Shown here: one piece after another, positions 1 to 14,075 of the stretch
Position numbering within the stretch: position 1 is the first letter of the stretch
Layout of the letters: every line of letters starts with the position of its first letter
Source of the DNA: Lytechinus pictus
Taxonomy: Eukaryota
Assembly (NCBI RefSeq): GCF_037042905.1
Contig: NC_087245.1
Location: forward strand, 434,001 to 498,000
DNA length: 64,000 bases
Reading direction: 5' to 3'
Translations under genes and position numbers: made by a program
Notes under the pieces: model-generated
What the model was told of the DNA's origin: nothing
What the model saw: the letters and a program-made list of their open reading frames with translations, nothing else
The model's database searches: none

Positions 1-3000
1 TAGTCTACCCACGTGATGACACTACGTCATTAAGAAAGAAGTTATGACAGGTTCGGAGGTGTCATAAATATTTAGTGAGGTTGTTGTACCCGATCTTGGT
101 AAAGAGGGCTTCGTGAAACGGTTAGCGGACAAGTAGCTCACTATCTCCGATTTAGTCATGAAGTTAGACTTATGACGGTGTTGAGAAACGGGCCCCAGAT
201 TCATCCAAATCATCTCGTGGCTGAATCCTCCTCCTTGCAAAATCTCGCGATTCGTGAGATTTTGTTTCTCTAAGAATTTACCTGTTTTAACCTCAAGTTA
301 AATAAAATATTATAGCACCATCAGATAGAGTAAATGTTACTCTTTCATATTGGTCATTTATTTTGTATACAATATTTTGTTAAATAAGTAAATTTCTGGC
401 CTGAAAATGTGCCTCAAAACTGAATTTTCTTCCTGTTTTCTTTTGCAAATTGTGCAAAACTTTTTATTTTGAGCCTCAATGATATCTATATCACCATAAA
501 GCTGAACTTCTGTACTTTCTCACAATGCCACTCTTGATATGCGGCACCTTTTAATCGGGTCAAGATCACACTTTTCCCACCAAGGTACAAGACGAGATTT
601 CTGAAATTTTGTACTTGCATGAAACCCAGAATTCTGATTGGCTGGATAATGTTCACAGAACAACATGCGCGGGGTATTTGAGGAGATTACCACATGGGAA
701 GTGTGACCTTCCCATGAACCCAGACACTGGAACCGTTGGAATTTGCCTGTGTGTGGTCTCTTTGACCAATCAGAGTGCAGTATTCTTGTTTTCAAGCTGC
801 TTTATGTACTTGGCAAATGAAAAGTGTGATCTTGATCCGATTAAACCAATTCTTATTTTGAAACCTATATCATTTTAAAGCATACATATTCAGCTTAATC
901 ATGATCTAAAAATCATTTGGGCTCAAACAAAAATAAAGTGTGAAAATAGCAGCTTTTGTCAGGTGAAAATAATTATTTTGTAGCATATTTTAGATAAAAT
1001 TTTAACCTATATTACAAAATCTTTGAATAAATTCAAACACATGACCTGAAAGAATGATTCTTCTTCTTTACAATACCAAATTCATGAAATTCGATGCACA
1101 ATTAGAGCAGCAATGACCGAATGAAAAGAGGCGTTTCGGTCCGCATCAATCTCATTAAATATGCAAAACATCTCAAGTCATGAATATCACTTGGATGAAA
1201 GAAGCCACTTTCTTGGGACCTGCCGTCTGACTGGGATGGTTGCAGTGAGAGTGCCTTTTAACCAAGTCTTACCATATCTCGCCCTCTTGCTTGTAACAGG
1301 TACCATCACATTACTCTCTCTCACGAACACACTGCTGAGGTCTACAAGATGAATATGCTACACTAAAATTACAATTCCTGTTCACTCATGCATTAAATTT
1401 CAATTTTCAATTCAATTTGCCTACGAAACCAAAACTGATCTCGTTCATTCATTTAGCATAACACCCTTAGCTTTGCAAGTTCCAAATGACTAACCACTCA
1501 AAAAACTGTAAGGCTATTCCTGTCCAGCCTAGCCGAGTTTAGTCTCTCAGGAGAGAAGTGGGGAGGGGGGGGGTAGAGATGGAGGGAGGGGTTGCTAAAT
1601 GTACTTGACCTACTTTAATAAGTCCTATCTTACCCCTATTCTCCTGATTCTTATGAACACAGTGCTGAGATCCACATGAAAAAGTCAAAATGCTGCACTA
1701 AAAATTGCAATTCATGATCACTCATGCATTAAATTTCAATTTAATAACGCATGAAATTTTCTCAAACAACAAACTGATCACAATTGATCATTAATTCATC
1801 ACATAACCCTCAACTTGCAAGTTCCAAAAAAAAACCGGACAAAAATTGGAAGCCCAGCCTAATTTTCATACCCTTTGTTTCAGAGGGCGGTGCTCGCCCA
1901 AGCATGAAAAGTTTTCCAACTTTTGGGTGTCATTTGAAAGTTGACTTTATTTGCTTTCTACATGTACCAGTATATGTCTTTTCCCCCAAAGTGATATATT
2001 TTTTTAATTGGCAGCCATTTCAAAAGTGTATAGTTTTTTGGGGGTTGCACTGCTATGCCTTTGAGATGCAACCCGTTGATTTTTTTGTACAATTTCCTAT
2101 TATGCGCCGACGACTTGAATCGAGACTGTTCGATAAGAAATATTTGCTTTTCGATTATTGTTTGCGTAATTTCCACCGCAGTATCAAGGATCTTCGGACG
2201 GATCGGACGGAGTGTCTTGGCCGAGATTTGGAGGTGTTAAAAATCATTTTGATAAACATTATTTCGACTAGGCCCTAGGGCTAGGCTATAGTATATTTTT
2301 AAAATTAAGTCATTTAATAAGATAAAAATTTATGTAGTGAATAAATGTTGAAGGATTTGGCATGTTTTATTCCCTCACATTCGTGTGATGAATGACAACG
2401 TCAAAATCCATACTCAAGTCAAAATGACATGCATTGTGCGAGGTTAGTATAGGCTACAGCTAACCTCGCATGCATGTTGTGACATGAGTCATGAGTGGAG
2501 ATTGGTGGCCCTCATCATCATGGGCTCATGTAGTTCTACCTGATGGATAAAAAAACATCGAAATTAGTCAACAAATAAAGATCAATGCAAAACAATAAGA
2601 CCAAGGCAAGAGTCGACGTACCGGTTTCAAAATGCCAAGTCCAGCTAAAACTCGTTTGTTTTCCTCTATATTTTTCAGCCGACGCTTTTCATACTCTGAC
2701 AATTCGCCCGGCATGATGAATGAAAAATTATACTTTTATAGGCCGTAGTCTAACGTTAGTAGACACGCCTAAATTACGTCAGACAGTCAGTCAGATAGAT
2801 CGAGAGCGATGAGACTGAAAACTAGGCCTGGCAGTTTCAAGTTCGTTCCGACGATGGGATCCGGGATGGGATGGGGGTAGAGCTAGATACTATGTGGGAG
2901 CTTCTGCCGAAAAATCCCTGGCCTGAGTTGTTCTGTTCACCACGCGAGTACGAGTTTGCCCTGCCCGGCGGTAATTTCAACAGTACCGAGGCGTAGTGCC

Positions 3001-3604
3001 GTGTAAAACAGGATCCAGTTTCAGTCTATCAAAGTCACTGAACACAAATGCCACACACCACTTAAATATAATCAAAAGCCTCAGAAAGATAAAGTAGACT
3101 GTCAATGTCAGTTTTTCAAAATGTTACTGTTTGTTAGGAAGAGATCCGAGATTGTAGCTCTAACGTTAGACGTCTATACGATACCGCTACCAGTAACACG
3201 TGCGAATGTTGTTAAAATTAAAAAGAAATTAGCATATACACGCCATCAGCTGATCAAGTTTTCGCGGGAAACGGAAAACGAGACTGGAAAATCTCCCATC
3301 TCATAAAACACATATCGTACATTGACATAACTAGTAATACATCTCTATGTACATTTACCACACTTGGCTATTAAAATATGAGTTTAGTCAGCGGACCCTG
3401 GGACCTGCCCTGGACAAAATAACAGTAGGTGGATAATTTGTCTTCCGTCAAAACCTTACAATTCGTGATTGAATTTCTCAAAGGGGTTTACCCTGACGAA
3501 AAGTTTGTTATGAAAATAGCAGAAAAATATAAAAGATATTGTTAATAAAAAGGTTTGAGGAAAATCTAGTATTAGAGCACGGCCTGTGAGCAGTTGCCCC
3601 ATAT

Positions 3605-4650
3605 CCCAGCTAACACATAACGTTATGATAACATTTTGAAAGATCTTAGAAATGCTTTAAAAAACATTTAAGAAAATTTGCATAACATTAATGAAACATT
3701 ATTCCCCTTATGTTAAACATTAAATAAAAGTTATTATGATAAAATGTTTTGGTGGCCTAACAAAAGAAAACATTAAAAAGACTTTTTTTTCAAAAATATT
3801 ATTAATGATGTTAAAATTATTATTGATGTTAAAATGATATGAAAGAAAGATTATCAAGAAAACAAAATAATAGTTTTAAAACGTTTTTACAATGTTACAT
3901 AATAAATGTAAAAACAATATTTTAAAAATAAAATCTAATGTTATAAAAAGTCATGAAAATATGTTTTCGAAATATTTTAACAACTTTTATTCGAAAAAAA
4001 ATGTTTTTCTGATGTTCTCTAAAATGTTTCAAAAACGTATTAGAAACATAATAATTTTGACGTTTTTTTATATCATTTTAAAATGTTAAGAGAAACACAA
4101 AAACATTTTACTGTAATCATTATAATGTTATATCTTGGATGTAAAAGTTGCATTTTTAAAACGTTGTTACAATATTCTGACAGCAATAATAAACGTTCTT
4201 GAAATTATATGAAACTATGGTTTTACAACATTTTAACAAAACATTTTTCGAAAATGTTTTTCAAATGTTTTCCGAAAATGTTTCAAAAATATATTAGAAA
4301 CATTCTTATTTTCACGTTTTTGTATTTTGACATTTCTAAGAAATAGAATAGCATTTTACTAACATCTTTATATAATGCTTTACATTGGATGTGAAAATAT
4401 TCGAAAAACGCTGTTAAAATAATTTGACAATTACATCAAACGTTTTTAAAAAGGTTATAAAACTATGTGTACTTAAAATGTTAATTTTTCATAAAAAAAA
4501 TTTTGAGTAAAATACTTTTAAGTTTCTGAAAAAATGTAAAAATCCTTTTATAAAACATTGTGAAATAGGTCTAAAATACATTTTAGAAACGTTTTTGAAA
4601 AATATTAGGAAAACATTTTTCAAAAACGTTTAGTTAAAATATAAACAGTT
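3605..4650. mobile_element. AT-rich non-autonomous DNA transposon fragment (CCCAGCTAACA end; AACGTT/AACATT-rich, ~255-bp internal duplication)
   Basis: Starts CCCAGCTAACAC; many AAA(C/T)GTTTT motifs; AAAATGTTTCAAAAAxxTATTAGAAACAT at 4021 and ~4275. Matching right end not found. Confidence 0.45.
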
Positions 4651-5397
4651 TATATCTTCATATTGGCGGGGGGCAAGAGTCCTCCACGTGTACGCCCATG
4701 TGTAGAATCACCATTCATGTTCAATTGGATGGGAAGGGGCTGATGACGTATCGTTACCAGGGGCGTTTACGTACGCATAATTCTCTCAAAGGGATGATCA
4801 AAGGACGGGAGGATAAGAAAGAAAGAAAGATAACTTATGGGTTTCTATAAACAAAATGTTCTCTTAATAAATAGACCAACAGCATTCTATTGTTGTTGTT
4901 TTTTCGCATTTCTTTGTTTTTGACCTTTTATTTTTGATATTTTCGATGGAAATAATTGTCGATGATCATAAACAGCATAAAATGTATTGGTTATATCAGT
5001 AAACATAGAAGTAATGACAAAATTAATGAATTTCGGCTAGAAAAAAGGGAACAAAGAGGGAAAAGAAGGAAAGAGACGAGTGAAAAAAATTGATTGAATA
5101 GAAGGGAAATAAAGAAAGGCCAGATACCGGAGATGGGTCGAGAAAATAAACGAAGGGAGTTAGTTTTCTTGGCAGCACATCAACTTAAATTTCAGCTGGC
5201 AATCCACGACTGCATTATTAGTTTCAACCAGATAATATATCATATTCATACTTCCCAGTCAATAGATCTATACTTTTTAGCACGCGCTTCGCGCTCGCGT
5301 TTATTAAACACCTCCCCTCCACGCAAGTAGATTGTAAAAAAAAAATTGCGAGCGCTTCACGTTTGCATTGTTTGTTTAGTGACATACTTATCTGTTC

Positions 5398-5931
5398 CAG
5401 TGTTGCCAGGTCCGAGCTGAAGAAAAGCCCTAAAAGGCACTCGAAAAATCCCCGAATTGGACCCTAAATCCCCAAATTTTTAAAATCACAATAATATCTG
5501 AAAAAGTGAGGACATTTATTATGGTTATTGCCCAAAATTATGTGTTCATTTGTTCACACCATACACAGCAGATTTTTTTTTTAGGATTCGATGCAAAGTA
5601 GATTGGCAACCCCACCATTTATCGTACAACCAATGAAGTTCAATGTAATGAATTCATCGGTTGAATTGTGGATGATCTACACTGTAACGTTAATAGCTGT
5701 ATCGTATTTTAGCATAGAGAGTAATATATCTCTTTAATGTATTTTGCATCATATTATTGAAAAATAACGGATCTTCGTGCTTTTCATTAAAACCTTCAAA
5801 AATCCCCAAAAATGCATGAAAAATCCCCAAATTTATTTTAATCCCCAAATAATTTTTTCCATCCCCAAAGGCTTCTCAAAATCCCCAAATTTTCAAAATT
5901 TGGGGATGGAGATCCCAAAATGGCAACACTG
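5398..5931. mobile_element. hAT-type MITE
   Basis: TIR CAGTGTTGCCA / TGGCAACACTG; perfect 8-bp TSD ATCTGTTC (5390-5397, 5932-5939); subterminal ATCCCCAAA repeats. Confidence 0.9.
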
Positions 5932-6189
5932 ATCTGTTCTTGTGTTCAAACTCTGTTTACAATGTCACGTTTTCAGGCTAATTAATAAGATGAATTTATC
6001 GCGTGCTCTCATTCCTTTACTATTATTCTTATCTTGTTCATGAATTCAAACGGTGCTTAAAATGTTTCGGGGGTAAACCCGCCTTGGACCGCAAACCGGC
6101 CATCGCCTTTAATAATTGCACATTTGAGATCATCCGATATAGTTATAGATTGTAATACCAAAAGGTATCTCCACAGAGACCAAATTCCT

Positions 6190-6340
6190 CCCCCCCCCCC
6201 TCTCTCTCTCTCTCTCTCCCTCCGCCTCTCTCTTTCTTTCTCTCCCAGTTATCACTCACTAGTATTTTTCTCTTTCCTTTCCTTCCTTCTTTCACTCCTT
6301 CCTTCCTTTCTTTCTTTCTTTCTTCCTTTCTTTCTTTCTT
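6190..6340. repeat. Pyrimidine microsatellite: poly-C, (CT)n, (TTTC)n
   Basis: Visible directly. Confidence 0.9.
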
Positions 6341-6456
6341 TATCATTTTGCCTGGTACAATGGGAAAAATTTATGTTCCTTTGAATTCCACATGATTTGG
6401 GTCCTCATAGGTTTTTTTTTTAATGCTTCCATAATCATGGCTATCAATCACATTAA

Positions 6457-7020
6457 AGGTCAAGTCTACCCCAGAAAAATGTTGATTTGAATCAATATAG
6501 AAACATTCAACAAGCGTAACGTTCAAAATTTTATCAAAATCGGAAAAGAAATTTATGACATTTCAAAGTTTCGCTTATTTTTCACAAACTAGTTGTATGC
6601 ATATTCAATGACATGCAAATGGCATCGATTATGTCTCTTACTCGCCATTTCTTTTGTTTTTGTATTGTTCAAAATTAATTATGCAACATTTCAATTTTTA
6701 CAAATTTGTCAGTAGGGAACCACTTGACTGAACCATAAAATGTAAAAACAGTGGTAATTTCACATGTTCAGAAAGGAATACAACTTTTTTTCATGACAAT
6801 GTTGGGGAAATGAAAATATTTAACATTTTCATAATGATTGGATGACTTCATCAGTCCCTGATTTGCATACCGACCAGGATGTGCATTGTGAAATCAAGCG
6901 GAATTTATAAAATGTCATAATTTTCTTATTTTACATCCGATTTTGATGAAATGTTTAAGGTTATGCTTGTTGGATTGTTCTGTTTTATTCAAAATAATCT
7001 TTCGTTTGGGTGGACATGTA
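6457..7020. mobile_element. Kolobok-like (TTAA) MITE, family A, decayed copy
   Basis: TTAA|AGGTCAAGTCTACCCC start; long inverted arms; homologous in opposite orientation to 22364-22946; right end degenerate. Confidence 0.8.
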
Positions 7021-8406
7021 TTATTGTCGAAGAGCATCTCTATTTAATTCAAATCAGTGAGATATTAATGCAGGATTATACGGGAGAGGGGCTTCCCTTT
7101 ATACGTACGTCCCCTTTATTCAGTTGAGATAATACGCGTGTTCACAAAGAGTTAAAACTTCAAATTTCTGTTTATTCACTAAAAAATCACAGTTTGATAT
7201 CAAAAACAAATAAACATAATTTTTTTTCAAATAGAACAATATATGAACAATTATTGAACAGAATAAACACAACTAAATAGTGTCAGGTGATGTAAGTTGA
7301 TTTAATTGGAATTCGATTCACTCTTGCCCCTAAAAGTCTTAATTATTTACCTCCGGGATTTACATTAATAGATCGTACATTAGTGACTTATACTATTATC
7401 ATGATAATAATACTGATTAGTATAGCGCAGAAAATATGTGCATAATTCTTCTGCGAATTGGTACATTGAGAACAAAAATTACTAATTTCTGGACTAATTT
7501 AGCGTTTATTTGTGTACGATTAAGAAACTTTAGCGATATTCAAAATGAGGAACAAAAAGACAGGGGATTGACACGAATGTGGGCTGGAACACCTAACTCG
7601 ATCAATTCTCGACAAAGAACGTTTCAAAGCAATTAACAATCCAGAAGTGCATAACTAACCAAAACCAAATCAAAGCAATGCCTCTCACCTCTGTGTAAAG
7701 ACCATCAGCGCACCGTACCCCTACCCGTCTGACCCCTTTTAGGGAAGTTTTGCAGTATTCTAGTAAGTATGGAATAAATTTTTATCATAATTATGCTTAC
7801 CACTTTTAAAATTAGTTACCTAGTATTTGGCCCAAATATCATTGTCTAGTAATGAGCTGAAAAGGCGCAAAAAATTACGTAGCCAATATGAGAGGGGGGG
7901 GGGGGGGGGAGGGGAGTACCCAGATATCCGCTCTGAGCATGAATCGCGAACATTTTGTGGCATGAATTTGAAAGAAAGAACTGATGTCTTTCCATACTAA
8001 CTGCCAAATTTTATTTTATTTCATAGTCAAAATGTATTCTTTTATATTTACTGGTAAGAAATACACGGTCCTGAAGACGTCTCGTTTGGGTTTTAATTCT
8101 ATTCGTTTAATCAACTAAATCATTGATATTAGAACAACTTCTCATTTATGAACACTAGGAAAATAAACAGAACAGTCAACACAAGTCATTATGTAATATA
8201 TAATGAAACGTACAATTTAAAAATACTTCTTATATAGATTTTACTTGTCTCAAGTACATGGCTTGATATCGACAAGGTAAAGCTTGAATTAAGCATTCTG
8301 CTATACTGCAGTGCGTATTAAAAAAACGGGACAGATTTGAAGTCTATGAATTTTTGTCTTAAATTATAATGTCTATATTTTGGTGTTATATATAGGTGCT
8401 CTAAGG

Positions 8407-8561
8407 CAGGGATTCTGAAATAGCGGCGCGCGCGCCACTCAGCGGCGTAACAGGGGTCGGTGGCCAGGGGGGGCAAGAGCCAAAAATTTCCCGGTCATAT
8501 CATGGAACAGGCAATGGCGTCATAAGGCAAAAATTTTGAGGGGGCGATATGGCGTATCGGG

Positions 8562-8597
<36 letters not shown>

Positions 8598-10968
8598 CGA
8601 GCGAGCAAAAATTTTGACATTTTTATTGCAAAAATCCAATTTTGTGATAGATTTTGACATAATGTTAAAAAGATGATATCATATTTCACCCTCCTCTCTT
8701 TCCTTTTTTCTCTCTTTTTTTGTACGCCACGGTGAACAGGATTTTTGTTATGATTGTGAGCATCAGGGCGAAGCTCTATATGCTCGAGGGGGCCGAGTAT
8801 GGCGCTTCTGGCAAGAAGGTCCCGAGCGAGCGAAGCGAGCGAGATAAAAAAAATCACCTTTTCATGAGAATCTAACATGAAGATAGATTTTAACGTGATA
8901 TTCAGACAAATATAATACACTTTCCTTTCTTTCCTCATTTTTTTTTGTTTGGTTGTAGAACTTTTGGGGGCCATGGTCCAAACTCATCCATATAACAGTG
9001 CTTTATGGGTGGGGTCCAGGGCAGAGCCCCGGACCTCTTGATATCAAAGCCATTTTAAACCTTACAGATGGCCACTTATTTTAATCAAATTGCGTGTATT
9101 TATATAGCTTTAATACAACACATAAATTAAATGCCGCAGTTGTGTATCGTAATCATCCAAATATTGTGAAAGGCACACCATAGCAAATGTGGGAACATTT
9201 GTAAAAAGTCGCCAGCGAGCGAAGCGAGCCAGAAAAAAATGGCCTGTTAAAATGAAATTCTAATTATGTGATAGATTTTTACATCATTATAGCAAATATC
9301 ATGTCATGTATTTTTTTTCATTCATCTCATTTCGCTGCCTCCTTTATTTTCTTTTATTTCCCCTTGGCTGTGGAGCCATCCCCCGGTACGCCAGTGCTTC
9401 AACGTAAAGCTTAATGCAGGAAGGGTCCATAGGGGCCCGTTATAGAACCCATTAAAGGTTACAGAGGAAGAGCCCCCACTGCACGGGGTCTTGACTCTTG
9501 GACAGAGCCTTTGGTGATTTAGCAAGTTTATGATAGACTTTCATACGACATTATGCTATATACCATCCATTTTTCTTCCCGCTCGTTATCTCAATCCTCG
9601 GCAGCCCGGTAGTGAACGTTATCTTGTCCCTTTTGTTTGCCTTTTCGCCATCTTTAATTTATTTCCCTGTCTTACTAATCATGCTAATGTATTTGTATAT
9701 CGGGACGAATTGTTCTTTCTCACTTGTTTTTTTTTTCCTTCCTTTTCCAGTTATCTTTCCGTTTTCCCTTTTTTATGTTTTTTCTTAGTTTTCTTTCCCC
9801 TTCCCCTTTCCCCTTTTTTCTTTCCTTTCCCTTTCCCTTTCTTCCCCCTTTTTTTTCTTTTCCCGTTTTTTTTATTTTCCCGGTGAGCTCCGCCAGGGGG
9901 GGCAGCTTGCCCCCCTGCCCCCCCCCCCCCGCCTGTTACGCCACTGGCGACACTTGTGGCACACCGAGCCTTGCGGAGTGGCGCTTGGGAGCCGGTATGA
10001 AAAAAATGGGGAAAATATGTCTGTAGAATTGATGTTTGATGATAATTTTACACAAAGGGAAAAACAATTCAGTTATATTTTAAACTTAGGTCTTTAGTGA
10101 TTTTTTTTTTTATTCTAACGTTATGGTTTTTATATGCTTGGGGTATGAATTCATGTGCGACTGTCGATAGTATGTGCATCACGTTAGAGGTATACAAAAT
10201 TATCTCTATGATCACAAGTGATCTGAGCCCCGTTTATCGGATATCTATCACGTTTTCAACTATATATTTCTACGGCTAAAGTCGGCTAGTAATTTCGCAT
10301 TTCCAGATTATACATTGAAAATTGATGGAATTGCTCAGATGCAGCAATTGAAATGATGACAATAAATCCATGATTTAACACTCTTATATACTTGACAATC
10401 CATGCTTTTATCAACAAATTGAACTTCTGGCAAAGCACATCATATAGGCCTATCAGAAAATGTGGTGACATATATACAGATATAAAATAAAGTTCTTAAT
10501 TTGCATATTAGTGTGGCATCACGAAAAGTAAGTCGGGTAAGTTTTAACCATCAAATAATTTTCACAGAAGTAAGGAGTTTTAGACATATTGAAAATCAGA
10601 AACTTTGTTTCCGAAGCCGATTATTTAAAATCCAAGGTGTGAAAGAGAAATGCTGCAAGGTATTGCCTGCTGTGATGTGTGCACGCCCTATAGTGAACTA
10701 TAGCAGTATCGCTGGTATGTTGCGAATAGTCACTTATTTGAAAAATAATAAATTGTGTAGTTTGTTTGCATTTGTTTTTTTTATATTGATATTAATTAGA
10801 TCCCCTCTCGGCGATTTAAAAAAACTCATATTCCAAAGCTTCAAGGGCTCCGCCCCCTCTAGCCCACCAGGGGCCCCTCAGCAACATTTCGCTTGTTAGC
10901 GCTGGTGGAGCAGTACAGCTTCTCAACAAGAAATGTGGAGCTTCAACAAAAGTAATTGAGAATGACTG
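8407..10968. mobile_element. hAT-type non-autonomous element inserted in the Tc1 MITE left arm
   Basis: Ends CAGGGATTCT / AGAATGACTG; 8-bp TSD CTCTAAGG (8399-8406, 10969-10976); the host's right arm shows the single-copy empty site. Confidence 0.85.
8440..9946. mobile_element. Second hAT-type element nested inside 8407-10968
   Basis: TIR CAGCGGCGTAACAGG / CCTGTTACGCCACTG; TSD GCGCCACT / GCGACACT (7 of 8). Confidence 0.8.
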
Positions 10969-13159
10969 CTCTAAGGTCTTATCTTTCAAATGCTATTAAA
11001 AAAAATTAGTTTCGTTCATGCTTGAGCGAACACGGAATGTTTTTGTCTGGGGTTAAAATGGAGGCTTGCGCCAAAATGGCATAAAATTATAAATATGATG
11101 ATCGGACTTCTTGCTAATTAGCAGACTTCCCCTTAACCTTTTCATTATCTTTGCCATAATTTTCAAATCATGCGGTCAAAATTCATTTTCAGATCTATTT
11201 ATTTGCTTGAATTGTTCTGTTGTTGTTTCTTTTTAATATGCTCTCTGTTAGCTTTGAATATATTCCTTCTTCAAGCTAAAACAATTTTGTTTCAACCGAA
11301 GTATGGGAGAGCGTGGATTTTTTTCAAATCCTTTCATTGTGTGCTACAAAGGTTATGGTGCCTTTTGAACAGTGCCACAAAGATGGGCGGGGGCTTGGGA
11401 TGCTCCCCAACCCCCTTAATTAAAACAAAATCATGACCAAGAAAAAAAGTGGACAGGAAATAAAGGGAAAGATAGAAAGTAAAATATGATATTATTTTCT
11501 GAATATTATGTCAAAATCTATCACAAAATTTGATATTGTAATAAAAAAGTGGGAATATTTGCGTGCTCACTTCGCTCGCTCACAACTTTTTAATACATTT
11601 TACCCGATCTGCCATATCTAGCTCCTTCAAAATTGACTCGATACACCATTGTCATTGAAAGACATGAATCCCTTTCTGTGTTTCCTGTTAAGCAATTAAA
11701 CTTGGTCAAGGAATCAATGACCCCTTGAAAAATAGATTCATGTCTTTTAAAGGTACATAACATAATTTGTTTCACAATAATAAAAGGATTTGAATAATCA
11801 CAAGTTTTCCCAACTAATAATGCAAATCTTTTTGCTTGGGTTGACAAAAAAATCTTCTTTTCTCACTTATACTTATGAAGGAAAAATTAAAAGGTAAGAG
11901 AAGTTTAAATGAAAAAAAACAAAATAATTCAAGTAAATAAATAAATTTGTAAATAAAATTTGACAGCATAATTCGAAAATTGTGGCACAGATAATGAAAA
12001 GATCAAGAGGAAGTCTCCTGATTAGCAAGAAGTCTGATCATCATTTTACTCATATTCTGCAATTCTGGCGCGAGCCTCTTTTTGAACCCCCAACAAAAAC
12101 GTCCCGTGTTCGCTCAAGCATGAACAAAGTTGTTTTTTAATTGCATTTCAAAGATAAGACCTTAGAGCACCTATTTACACCAAAATATAGACTTCATAAT
12201 TTGAAACAAAAACTTTATAGACTTTTCAAATCTGTCCCGTTTTTTTTATACGCACTGTATAGCCTAAATAAAGTTCATGTCATTTTGTATATTCACGCTA
12301 GCTTACTTTACATGTTATGCCTCTCTTCACTTCATCATTCTGGACTTTAACTTCATTTTCTTTTCTTTTCTTATTTTGTCTCATTCAAACATGTTAAAGC
12401 AAGAATAAATCCACCGAGTTGCCCTTTAGGTGATATTTGATGACATTTAACAGTTCAAAACATATACTTATACGCAAGATTATTTACAGCAAGATAGTAA
12501 TGATCATAATACGTGTACGCCATTCTTGACATATTTTTAACTAACGTCTCTCTAGTATAATAAGGGCGCACTTCTGATATTTTTTTCTCTCTGACATTGA
12601 CGTTTGAAACAAATTTGACGTCAGTGTTTGAGCTCATCTTCAAATGTGAATCATAAAAAATAACAGAACATCCTTAAAAATGAAATTACACCATTTATAT
12701 TTTTCTAATCCACACTGACCCGCTTTTAACTTTCAGAGAAGCTCCCCAATATAATTGAGTAGTGATAGAAAATATTCCAGGCGCGAATCAGGGGGAGGGG
12801 TGGAAGTAAATTGCGGCGCAAAAAGAAAGCGAGAGTGAGACAAGAAGGAATGACATTATAAACTCGTATGGAAGAAAATGTTTTATTTTTTCCTCATTAT
12901 CCTCTTCCTATCATTGTTGACTTAAATGTGATAAATCTAGAATTTTAGTCTAGAAAATTCATTACTATTATGATGTATACATATTTGGTACTGATGTGAT
13001 ACATTGATATAATCTCGTCCTTCTTGCTATAGCAGGATATACTGTAAACATGATCAATTGAACTTTTCTACAACTGAACTGGACGTGTGTATTGTGTATA
13101 TGTCTCTCTCGGGGTCTCTCTCTCTTGCCAATAATATTCTATGAAGTTTTTGATATATA

Positions 13160-13445
13160 TTTTAATTTCTCATGTTTATTATTACATTTCGTAGTAGCTC
13201 ATGTGCATGAATGTGCATGTGCGTGTGCGTTTTTAAAGATAAAGGATTGGTATGTGAAAAGGGAGCTGAGTCTGTGATGACGCGTATTTCCCGTTTCTGC
13301 AACAAAAAGAGTCTATTGAGATGTGTTGAGGAACACCCTCCCCACACAATATTACAATATATCAAATGAGATCCTATTAAAGATTGATAAATGGACAATA
13401 GAATGTTATGAGGTAAGACCTTCTTCAATCTATACTTATTGCACC
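13160..13445 (-). mobile_element. Decayed CR1/L2-group LINE ORF2 C-terminal fragment
   Basis: LLSIYQSLIGSHLIYCNIVWGG...LNRLFLLQKREIRVIT...SHTNPL matches the YxxxVWG...LQKRAxR block also present in the intact LINE at 42853-45258. Confidence 0.8.
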
Positions 13446-13834
13446 GATAACCCTTGATTACCATTTTTAGTATGATCATCGTTTGGATTATTATGATCAT
13501 CATTAGTATTATTTTTATTTTTATTACCAGCAGAAGCTCTTTTTAAAAATGACATCCCCTCCAACACAAATCCTATTATCTGGAGGTTACTCGCACACGA
13601 CCAACACACTTAATCCCCTACATCCTTATACCATTTGCTTAGGCAGCAATTATTGATCAGATAAAACCGAAATTAACCCTATGCTTGATCCGGGCGCCTA
13701 TTCTTAATGCAATACATGCTTTGGCCACAACACACACATGTATCATCGTTCGTTATTACTATTAATATTGCATAATATCATGTTATCATGTAAGGACAAC
13801 ACCGTTCTTGTTACCAAAATGATTAATTTCATTT

Positions 13835-14075
13835 TCGGAAATACGAACCTTATTTAATTTTTGGATTAACGAACCTTATTTCGTTTTCGGACTAACGAAC
13901 CTTCGGAATTACGAACCTCATTTCGTTTTCGGACTAACGAACCTTCGGAATTACGAACCTCATTTCGTTTTCGGATTAACGAACCTTCGGAAATACGAAC
14001 CTTGATCGGAATAACGAACCTTCGGAAATACGAACCTTCGGAATAACGAAGCTTCGCCTTCGGAATTACGGATGT
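13835..14075. repeat. Minisatellite of ACGAACCTTCGGAAT-type 15-mers, including three 42-bp units; likely one arm of a MITE
   Basis: TTCGTTTTCGGA(C/T)TAACGAACCTTCGGAA at ~13880, 13922 and 13964. Confidence 0.85.

Larger units (their letters stand above)
8309..12257. mobile_element. Tc1/mariner-type foldback MITE interrupted by nested hAT-type elements
   Basis: TIR CAGTGCGTATxAAAAAAACGGGACAGATTTGAA at 8309, reverse complement ending 12257 followed by TA; arms 8309-8406 plus 10977-11190 pair with ~11955-12257. Confidence 0.85.

Noticed and set aside
7891..7915. Long poly-G runs as functional G-quadruplexes
   Set aside because: Poly-G/C runs are ubiquitous here, mostly at MITE ends, and their lengths are unreliable in assemblies.
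6124..9886. Phe/Ser/Lys-rich ORFs (also 40901-41268, 47882, 62393, 62890)
   Set aside because: Products of microsatellite and low-complexity DNA.
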